Shown here one piece after another: positions 1 through 8,492 of a DNA stretch of 20,446 bases (within the stretch, counting starts at the first letter, position 1; each line of letters begins with the position of its first letter). The notes under the pieces were generated by a model. It was given only the letters and a program-made list of their open reading frames with translations, did no database searches and had not been told where the DNA came from. The translations under genes and the position numbers were made by a program. Source of the DNA: Anthoceros angustus (Eukaryota > Plantae > Anthocerotophyta); the NCBI GenBank assembly GCA_010909165.1, contig VJWM01000396.1:1-20446 (forward strand). The letters are read 5' to 3'.

Positions 1-437
1 TGGATTGATCCCTAGTTCATGAAGTTCAGAGTTGCCGTAGAGTTGTGGATGTGGGCGGTTTGTGGTTCGTCGAAAAATCTCGATATGCCGGTGAGGGAAA
101 GCGTGTTGGCGCATCCGTTCTGGCGCTCACCTAACTCACTCCTACAAGGGTAGCAAGAGCTCCATCCTCCTTCACTTCTCCTCCCCTCGGCCCTCGTGAG
201 CTCCCTCATCCCTCCCCTCCACCCCCCTTGCTTTCTTTGCTCTCGCTCAAGGGCGTCTCGGATGGTGCAGTGAAATAACACCATAATACTATCTGATCGG
301 TATATCAATTTAAACACCTTGAAATTTTGGCTTTTTCTTTTTATGCTTTAGCTCCGCTTAGCACCGTCGGGCACAAAATCATCAATTATGGGTGGCTCGA
401 TCGACTAAGATTACGACGGACCAATTGCAAGCTAGAC

Positions 438-466
438 TTGCGGCCTAGTCATATGACTAGGCGCAA
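438..466. other. ~30-bp inverted repeat/hairpin, consensus TTGCGGCCTAGTCAT(GC)ATGACTAGGCCGCAA
   Basis: Perfect 20-bp palindrome GCCTAGTCATATGACTAGGC at 443-462. Equivalent hairpins at 8943-8977 and 12361-12391 (perfect 22-bp GCCTAGTCATGCATGACTAGGC). Confidence 0.85.
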
Positions 467-2050
467 TCTATGCGACACCGCCATTGGCCGAGCCGGCGTG
501 ATATGATCGTGGGGACAAGCGGAGGTAGTTTTGTTGTGAGCCTTAGCTTGGTGCATGCCAATCGAGCTCAAGCTTCGCCCAAAAGAAGACAAAGGATCAT
601 TTGAATTGTCTAGAGTCGCAAATATGGTACGATAGTAGGGTTGCTTTGTTTTTCCAATTTTAAATAAAAAAATTATACCATATGCAAAATTATGATGGGA
701 ACAAAACTGCCCAAAATAGTCTTAAAGAATCTCATGAGAACAAAAGAGATCGTCTTCTATACGTATCTAAGAAGTCTCAATTTGAGCTCTTTGAACTTAA
801 TCATGGGTTAAGCCGAGGTTTCTCGCTTTACATGTCATGCTATACCATGTCTACGCTTGAATCCTAAGGCCCACCCATTTGAAAATATGAGAGCCCGTCT
901 CCGCACTTCTTGGTAATTGCTCATAGAAAATTTTCGCTGTTTACATATTTCAGCATCTTTTGCGGCTCCTCCCTTCTGCCACAAACCAATCATACAACTG
1001 CTGTTTCTCAACCGAGATGCACAAGGTCATGGCGTCTCGTTCTAAGTCGTGTTGTTTGACACTCTGGATAATCGTTCTTTCTTGATGACTCGCTTGATGG
1101 TTGCCACCGAGACCTTCACTCGAAAATGGCTAGTGGCCCATTCACTTAGCGCCTTGTGAGTGATTAGCTTGTTAGCCTCTCGTGGGCTAAAATGTCTTTT
1201 TGTTGCATTTGCAATGTCACTCTTCTCTTGGTAGCTCTCATGCTTGCAAGTCTATTCAAAAGATTTTATTTGTAAGTACTCGATTCCATAAAGAAGAAAG
1301 AAAAGAAGAATATCATAGAAAAACTAATATGAATGAATTCAAATACATATGGAAGTACTCACATGTACCCAAAAATGATAGTATACATGAAACAAAAAAG
1401 AAAAAAAATAGAAAAATTACACAAAATCTAATCTAAATAAATCATATATGGAAGTACTCACTCTTGGTGTGAAGTCATCATTCCCAAATATATTTGCTGC
1501 ACAGCAATGCATACATATATAGATCCAAAGTGACTCTTTTATCGATATCTACCCTCATATTTTGTATTTATCTCGATATTATGTGAAAAATTATATGAAG
1601 AAGGCGTTAGTCATTATATTGACATTTGATTTTTTCCACGATATGATATTTGAGTGTAAAAACTTCTTGTTACTTACTTGTTGTATGCCCATTCTTCTCC
1701 ATAGAACTCTTCCTCAATGTAAGAGATTCAAGCATTTGCTACTCTAGTGGATAGAAGGTTTCGAGGCCAATGGCCTCCTAGATTAGATGAATAGTCTCAC
1801 TCGGACTATACAAGATAGACTCTATTGTGCTTATGACATAGGCCTGACTAGATAGCTTATAGGTAGCTTTGCTAGTGTCATGGGTGTCATGTATAATCTC
1901 TTTATAGTAGAATATAAGAATACCCTAATTCTAGGTATATCTTGATATTCTAACACTTAAGACTTAAAGCAGCGTTGCAACAAGCTATGGTAGGCCTAGC
2001 TAACTTCTGAGCTCAGACATCGCCTTGGGTCTTGCCATTCACTCCCGAGC

Positions 2051-3390
2051 TCAAGGGAAGTGGAACCTCACAATGCTTTATTTTTCTCAACATGCCCTTT
2101 GGTCTTGTCAATCCACTCGTAGAGCCCGATAACGATCTCTTCCTCTCAACACCGTGCTAGGCTCCAAGCGCCATGTCTTGACAACTCGCAGCCACCTCGG
2201 ATGAGATGCTACTCTTTTATTTACAACGAGTAGGCGGAATGCTAGCCATCCATGCCGTTGGCTATGGCAACAAGACTCCACACAAAACCATTTCTAGCTC
2301 TCCCATCCAAGCGCCAAGCCCGCTTGTCAAACTTCCACCCCAAGCTCCAAAGCGCTTCATCCCTGACGAAACCCTATGCGGTGCTCGCCGGTAGTACACA
2401 ATAGATATACCTTATTATTTTATTTAATAAATCAATAACATCGAATCAGATTTTATATATTTCTATAAAATCCCTCCTTGTATGTCAGAGGGTCAGTGGT
2501 GTGGACTCTCGCTCTAAAACGACAAAATCCATGCTCATGCTATGCACGCTTGCACACAACAAAATGTACTTGCGCTTTGTCACAAAACCTCCACATCAAG
2601 CATCGCGGTAGAGTTGTTCTTACATGTTGCCCTTTCTTCCCACAAAACTTTTCCTAAGGACTCAAAGTACCATGCCCGGATGTGGTAGGCCTAACTACAT
2701 GCATATTGGTGAGGAGTTCCAATTTACATGGCGGGGAGTTGACTTGCTTGGAGATAGTCTAAACGGGAGAGGATTCTTTGGTGAGAGGGAGGAGCGCCTA
2801 CATGAGGAAGGCCTAGCAAAGGACGCCCCACCTCTCATGGACCCTTCTTGCAATTTGACACCGATGCTCCGAGAGGCACTTGCAGACAATAGCATGATCA
2901 AGGCAACAGTGGAAGCGACGTGGCCTTGGCTCTGCCGACTCACCCTAAGCGCAAGGGAAGTGGAACCTCACAATGGTATCTTCCTCTCAATACATACTAG
3001 GCTCCAAACTCCAAGCAGCCCACCGTCCTTGACGACTTGAGCCACCTCACACCATATGTTGCTACTTACAACAGAGTACAAGCTGGAATCTTAGCCATCA
3101 TGCCCCTACATCAAGACTCCACACAAAACCGTTAGCTCTCCCATCCAAGCGCCCGCTCATCCAAAGCCAAGCACTTCATCCATGGACGAGACCCTAACGC
3201 TTTTGGTGCTTGTTACTTTGTGATACATAAAAGATACCTTATTTTTTTATTAATAAATCAATAATATCAATCAGATTTTATATGTTGTATAAAATCCTCC
3301 CTTTAAGTGTCGAGGCGTGGGTATGGACGGTCTTTGGTTCGTGAGGTACATACTATTGTCAAATGTTGGTGTGACTTATCTCTACTCATA
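2051..3390. repeat. Old internal duplication within unit A: two diverged ~0.4-0.47-kb modules (~2051-2510 and ~2951-3390)
   Basis: Shared blocks in the same order: CAAGGGAAGTGGAACCTCACAATG, CTAGGCTCCAA, CAAGACTCCACACAAAACC, CTCTCCCATCCAAGCGCC, ATACCTTATT, AATAAATCAATAA, TCAGATTTTATAT, TATAAAATCC. Module-specific differences recur in copy 2 (~10527-10980 and ~11433-11890), so the divergence is real, not noise. Confidence 0.85.
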
Positions 3391-3611
3391 AAAGATTATA
3401 CTTGCCAGTGGAACGTAAAAGTTTGGGCCTTAAATGAGTTTGTTTTGAAACAGCTCACACTCTTTGCTAGAAATGGTTTGGTGAAGACATGCAAGGAAAT
3501 TTTTGCCCTTTTGAGCGGGAGTTGTAGGACCATGCCTGGAAGGCAGAGGATATGCAGGAAAAGAAACGGGTCAAAACGACTCCTGAGGAGGAGAAAAGGT
3601 AATCACATGAG

Positions 3612-3831
3612 TGGTAGGAGGTGTCCTACCACAGGGAGAAACTCCTACCATGGTAGACGAGGGTAGGAGAGATCCTACCACCGTAGGAGGATGACCGCTA
3701 ATGTTTTGATCACCTACCTAGGGAATAGCTCCTACCATGGTAGGAGAGGGTAGGAAGGTATCCCACCGGAGAAACTCCTACCGTGGTAGGAGAAAGGGAA
3801 AACGCCACCATGGTAGGAGGATGTCCTACCA
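3612..3831. repeat. Cluster 1 of palindromic (T)CCTACCATGGTAGG(A) motif and half-sites
   Basis: Perfect 18-bp palindrome CTCCTACCATGGTAGGAG at 3729-3746. Variants at 3612-3631, 3642-3656, 3662-3679, 3775-3792 and 3805-3831. Confidence 0.9.
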
Positions 3832-4093
3832 GAGATAGGTTTCTAAGGAAGGTAGCTTATGTTTTAGGTGTGATAGGCTTGCTATATATAGAGTCTTTTA
3901 GTGGACTAGATAAATAGGCCAAAATAGGTAATTAAGAAATTAGAGGCTAATTTTCGAATTAGAAATTAGAAAAATAGGGAAATGGTATTTTAGTATAAGT
4001 AAAATTAGGAAACTAACATCAATGGTGAGGCCACGTGGCACACATCCAAGGGCAGGATAGAATGGTAGTTACTTTTCTAACCCTTGGGTGACT

Positions 4094-4100
4094 TATAAAA
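4094..4100 (+). promoter_or_regulatory. Possible TATA box of an internal promoter for the accessory ORF
   Basis: TATAAAA at the end of an AT-rich block (~3880-4100), followed by a GA-rich leader and an ATG at 4640. Motif and position only. Confidence 0.3.
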
Positions 4101-4639
4101 GTGGCCGCAGTGCAGGAGGCCACAACTCGTAAACTTGAAGACTACCACAGCAGAAGGCGCCACACCTCAAGCTGCCCAAGGCCCCATACAGCAACGCGCC
4201 GCACACGCGCCCGTGTTGAGGAGGAGAAGGAGGCGAAGCTCAGCAAGGAGGCAACCACCGCCCAAGAGAGGAAGAAGGAGGAAAAGAGAAGAAGAGAAGG
4301 GAGAAGAAGGTTGGGGCGCAACCCAACACTTGCCAAGCTCGTGAGGGTGCCTAGGAGGGTGGAGCGTGGCAAGATTGCTAGGAAACCGTGCGTGAAGGGC
4401 TCAAATTGCCGTGGTGTAAGAGTCCGTGGGGAATTTTGTGAGCTTTCTGCAGGAGAAATCGGGTTTTGAGACGCCAAGGTGTAAGGGCTGAGGAGGAGAG
4501 CAAGGCAAGGACCTTGAGCTGTGAGCAAGAGCAAAGAGAGGAGGAGAAACGCTTGCAAGGATAAGAAGTCGGTGAGCCGCAGGAATTGCAGGAGAGGCAT
4601 CACTTTTCTTCAATTTCGCAAGTACTAACCAAGGAGGCC

Positions 4640-6884
4640 ATGACCAAGCCTACCATGACCAAGGGCAAGGAGGTAGTAGCTAAGGAAGGAGCGTCCACCA
4701 AGGGAGGTGGCGCAGGAGGCAAGAGGTCTAAGGCAGAGGATCTGACTGAGGGTGGAAATTTGACATGCCCTTATTTACGTTATGCAGGCCCATCCTCTAG
4801 AGACCTTTCGACTTTCGACCTTGGGCAGAGAGGAGAATATACAGCTAGAGTGGGTATGGGCTACATTGGTCTACACCAACCTTGAATTGATAGAGGAGTG
4901 TTTTGCTAATTTGCAGCAGACGGAAGAGGAATTGGCCGCCACCGGATAGAAACGCACGGACGGATCCACGTGTTGGACTGTAAGGAGCATACGCTGTATA
5001 TGGCGTGCCTGGAGCGAGGATAGCGGAATCACGCTGATGGAAGGAACGAGCGAGGCGGCATCAACGGCGGATCTTCCCAAGGGAGCCCTTACCCTTATGC
5101 AAGGAAGGCTAAGTCCAAGAACGGTTGGCTGACCAAATCTTGGAGCCCAAGTGGAGATTGTTCACAAGAATTGTTTTGGGCTTGGTGAGCAATCCAAGGG
5201 TGTCATATTTCAGCACTACCTTCCTCCATTTTCTATGGAAGATCACTCAAGGAGCGATTGGGGCTCATCATGTATGAAGCATACACCTACCACCGGAAAG
5301 TCAAACCCAACGCTTGGATGAAGACACCAAGGCCATGCTATCTTAGCACTTATCTAGTGCATTTGTGGGAAGTAGAGGGCTACCACAAGTAAGGAGTTGG
5401 ATGATTCCAAGCATCCCTTTAACATTGTGTACTTACACTGTGAGAGGGACAGGAGTGCTTGGTGCTTTTGCCTAAAGGAGGTGCCGCAAGACCACCGACA
5501 TTATTGCCGGAAGGAATCCTCCGAAAGATAGGCCGAGGATGTGCAGGAGGACTTGCAAGGAGAAGTTGTAGGGGATTTGAAGTTTGGACCAAGATGCGAG
5601 ATGGAAGGTAGGATAGATCCTACCATGTGAATCACGAGGGTGGGAGGTGTTCCACAGTTTGGGACCCCTTCGCCTCTCATGACAAGGCCTACAGCAGAAT
5701 TAGTCCTACCACGAGGAAGTAGTCCTACTAGGAGCACCTACCACGGTAGGAGGAAAGGAAGTCACGGTTTGGAAGCTCCCAAGAGGGAGATAAGAAGGCA
5801 ACCGCCCTGCTAGGTGGGCGAGCGGATGGAGTCACTGGGAGGAGTTGCCCACCAAGTGATGAGCGGGAGCTCATCATAGGGAAGCAAGGGATGTAAGATC
5901 CCATGAGCAAGGCAAAGGCCTTGAGTCTCCCGGAGGTAAGAAAGGAGACTTAGACATGTTGGAGGAGATGCTAGGGGAGATGTTCAAGCAGATGTAGGAG
6001 CCGCCAAGAGGAGAGTTGAATTTTGAAGACGGAGGCGAGAAAGACAAGGACCTACCAAGGGAAATTGCGTAGGCGAGGAAACCCAAAAGGAGGAGGATGT
6101 TATGAGGATGGAAGCTCATGGAGCACTTGGAAAGAGTCTTGAAACAAGGCCAGAGGCAAACATCATATTCGGAGAACAAGGCTCTTACCAAGCAATTGGC
6201 AGCTCGAGAGGAGAAGGTGGAGCAACTTGCTCACATGGTGCGACATGGGAAAAGAAGGCTAAGACAAGCAAGTGCTGCTAATGGAGGAAAGGTCAAGACG
6301 AGAGCAATCTCGAAAGAAATGAGGACAAAGACAAAGGCAAGTACATGAGCGGGTCATAGCCACACCGTGGAAGATTAGTGACATGGAAAAGGAGCGGGAG
6401 AAAACGAGGCTGGAATTGAAGGAAGAAGAGCTGGAAGAACGGACACATTTTGTCCAAAGATTGGAAATGGAACGAGAAGTCCAAAGAACGGAGAGTGCAC
6501 AACTCCCTAGGAGGATAGGGAGTTGGAGGAAGAAATGGCAAAGGAGAAAGGCCATGAGGCGGTGCAAAGATATGTTGTGAGGGAGTAGATTTTGATTATG
6601 CCCTACAAGAGATTGATCCGCCAACCGGTAATGAGAGGACGGAGAATGTGGCTCTATGTCAAGACCGTGAGCTGGCCTTGAGCGAGATGCTTACAAAAGC
6701 AAGTGTGAGCATGGAGTATGGCTTGAGGATTAGAAGAATTGGAGATGGCACAACAACGATTTGCAGCCCATCTTCACAACAAGGTGCTAAGGCCACTAAC
6801 GAGTTGTTGCGACTTGAGAGGAGGATGTTGGGACCTCATGACGATGATAGGGAGGCCTCATGCAAGTCCAACCGGAAGCCTTAG
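4640..6884 (+). CDS. Frameshifted ~750-codon retroelement accessory-type protein: basic N-terminus, plant-transposon-protein-like core, low-complexity linker, coiled-coil C-terminus
   Basis: Peptides joined by hand across frameshifts: MTKPTMTKGKEVVAKEG...; LELIEECFANLQQTEEELAAT; GRIHVLDCKEHTLYMACLE; YARKAKSKNGWLTKS; LEPKWRLFTRIVLGLVSNPRVSYFSTTFLHFLWKITQG; DWGLIMYEAYTYHRKVKPNAWMKTPRPCYLSTYLVHLWEVEG. E/K/R/L-rich helical ORF-track pieces at 6118-6348, 6383-6580 and 6648-6884 (stop 6882-6884). The resemblance to plant retroelement extra ORFs is from recall, not a search. Confidence 0.55.
5607..5752. repeat. Cluster 2 of CCTACC/GGTAGG palindromic motif
   Basis: GGTAGGATAGATCCTACC (5607-5624), TCCTACCA (5704), TCCTACTAGGA (5723-5733), CCTACCACGGTAGG (5737-5750). 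Confidence 0.8.
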
Positions 6885-6999
6885 ACTTGGAGAGTGTCCC
6901 AAGCAACAGGGTGGAGAAACTTCGCACTGTGAGAAGCAGTGGGGAAGCTGCAGTGGAGAGAATCACCCTGTGAAGGGGTAAGGAAGAAGAAACAACCTC

Positions 7000-7076
7000 G
7001 TAGGAACTCCTACTGGTAGGAGGAGTTCCACCGTAGAGGGACTCACTGGTAGGAGAAGGTCCTACCATGGTAGGAG
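7000..7076. repeat. Cluster 3 of CCTACC/GGTAGG palindromic motif
   Basis: GTAGGAACTCCTACTGGTAGGAG (~7000-7022) and perfect TCCTACCATGGTAGGA (7060-7075). Confidence 0.85.
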
Positions 7077-7418
7077 GGCCAAGAAGCAGGATTCAAAGGT
7101 CGCTAGCATGGATTTGACGGCAAGGGAGGCGAGTACCTTGGCCCTTGCAGAAAGAAGGAAGAGGGGTTGATCTTGCAGAATGGAGCAAGAATCACAAGGA
7201 GAAGACCAACCCAACATGGGTGTGGAGTAAGGAGCTCACTTGCTCCACAAGTGAGAGGAAGAGGAGAAGTCGAGGATGAGCCAAGGCTAAGAGAGCCCGG
7301 CTATTTTATTGGAGGAAGGAACTCAAGATAGGCATCAAGATAAGGAAGGGATTCATAAGAAGTCCTTAAATTAGCTTGAAGACATGGGGCAAGATGCCAC
7401 TTGGGAAGACTTTTCTTT

Positions 7419-7430
7419 AGAGGAGGACAG
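7419..7430 (+). other. Probable polypurine tract (PPT) of the gypsy-like element
   Basis: CTTGGGAAGACTTTTCTTT-AGAGGAGGACAG-TATTAATG resembles the usual plant gypsy 3' context (T-run, purine tract, short spacer, TGTAA-type LTR start). Confidence 0.55.
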
Positions 7431-7432
7431 TA

Positions 7433-8490
7433 TTAATGCTTGTCACCCAAAGAGTGTGTGTGTTGACTAGCTAGATAGGAATGTTGACAGAGCCATTAAG
7501 GCTCACATAGGTGAATTTTGCTAGAATAGAATTTTACCCAAGATGCTTGGATGTCGAACTTAAAGTCGGCAACAGGATACACTAAAATAAGGAGTAAGGC
7601 TGTGGAGGGCGCTGTGGGAGGTCAGATGTGAGGACCTCCTATAAAAGGAGGGAGCTTGTGAAGTAAAATTATCGTGTCTTGCGCCTCCCATCCTCCCGAG
7701 TCCTTCACTTTGTGAATTTCGTGCCGGCCGCAAGCCAACGCAGTTGTCCGTAGAGAGGAGAACGCGCGGCCGGAGTGCCGGGTGGAGGGCTTGCCTTTGC
7801 GCGCCCGCTAGCGCTCCCTTGTGAATGGTTGTCAGGTGAATTGTTTTGCTTTGAGTGTGTGGCGATGCTCAAGGAACTCCGCTTGAGGGTAGACTCAGGG
7901 AAGACTCGGAGGTTCTCGCCACCGTGCAAACCACATAGCAACCGCCCAAGGAAGAACTCACACTTCCTGACGACCGTGCGCAGCCGTAAGGGCGAGTTGG
8001 AATTAATGAGCCAATTGGTGTTAGAGTAGGAGATTGTGGAGGAAGGAAGGGTAGATGAGTAGAGAAGAAGAGGGCGTTGTTGATTGAGAGAGTTGTGAGG
8101 AGGATTAGAGTGTAGGAAAACTAAGGCCATGTGCAGCCTAAGGGACGAATCCCAACTGCAAGTAAGAGGGCGCCCCGTGGAGAAGAGTGTCTTAGGAGTA
8201 GGGACGGTTGCGGTGTGGGTCAGTCCTGGCGCCGTGATAGACACCTCATTAAGACGAACCCGCAATTGTGTGGTGTCGCTTGTAGGTTGAGGTTTGGTGA
8301 GTTTACGACGCGCGATAGCTGTGAGAGGGAGCGTGAGAGGGCCTTGCTTGTTTAGAAGGCTGAGGTAGTGTAGTGTAGTGACGGATTTCTCAAGATCTGC
8401 CCCCAAGTCTCATGGGACGAAACCCAACGCATTTAAACGACAGTGGGATAAGTGGCCGCCAGAGGGTGCATCTCGACGGATGCCTCTACA
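7433..8490 (+). repeat. Probable LTR (~1.06 kb) of the gypsy-like element
   Basis: Follows the PPT, contains CCTATAAAAGG at 7638-7648 and ends in ...CTCTACA exactly where unit A sequence resumes. The start reads TTAATG rather than TGTAATG (possible read error). The partner LTR is not in the window. Confidence 0.5.
7640..7646 (+). promoter_or_regulatory. TATA box in putative LTR U3
   Basis: CCTATAAAAGGAG about 200 bp inside the putative LTR. Confidence 0.5.
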
Positions 8491-8492
8491 AA

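Larger units (their letters stand above)
1..3407. repeat. ~3.4-kb repeat unit A, copy 1 (starts ~19 nt into the unit; non-coding, AT-rich core)
   Basis: Colinear over its whole length with 8512-11912, and with 11924-14148 up to unit position ~2241. All begin TGGATTGATCCCTAGTTCATGAAGTTC; copies 1 and 2 end AAGATTATAC..TTGCCA. No long ORF is conserved across copies. Confidence 0.97.
3408..8490 (+). mobile_element. Non-autonomous Ty3/gypsy-like LTR retroelement segment (internal region + PPT + one LTR; no gag/pol detected)
   Basis: Strongly A/G-rich + strand, one long accessory-type ORF, a PPT-like tract at 7419-7430, then an LTR-like block with a TATA box ending ...GATGCCTCTACA. No second LTR is in the window and no RT/IN/PR motifs were seen, so the superfamily assignment is inferred. 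Confidence 0.55.

Noticed and set aside
1347-1461. 16-bp direct repeat ATATGGAAGTACTCAC (1347-1362 and 1446-1461)
   Set aside because: It is real and present in all A copies, but two copies in AT-rich DNA give no functional or structural clue.
2262-2271. CTATGGCAAC, the reverse complement of the GTTGCCATAG junction motif
   Set aside because: A single 10-bp match that is not intact in copy 2 and has no associated rearrangement; likely chance.
12-3040. ORF-track ORFs inside unit A (12-317, 682-867, 1200-1436, 1562-1747, 2206-2394, 2624-3040) and their counterparts in copies 2 and 3
   Set aside because: They are short, have no recognisable motifs, and their frames are not maintained among copies. 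They recur only because the DNA is repeated.
3612-3831. CRISPR-like array of palindromic repeats
   Set aside because: Repeat length, orientation and spacing are irregular, the spacers are low-complexity, there are no cas genes, and the context is a eukaryotic retroelement.
8227-8235. TGGCGCCGT as a tRNA-Asp-type PBS
   Set aside because: Only 9 nt match TGGCGCCGTTGCC, it is 4 nt from the nearest CA, and a better LTR end (CTCTACA) coincides with the homology boundary at 8490. Not completely excluded.
7705-8406. 233-aa minus-strand ORF (longest in the track) and other minus-strand ORFs opposite the purine-rich segment (4142-4603, 6259-6624)
   Set aside because: They are Leu/Ser/Pro-rich shadow frames of the GA-rich strand with no domain motifs; the first lies within the putative LTR.
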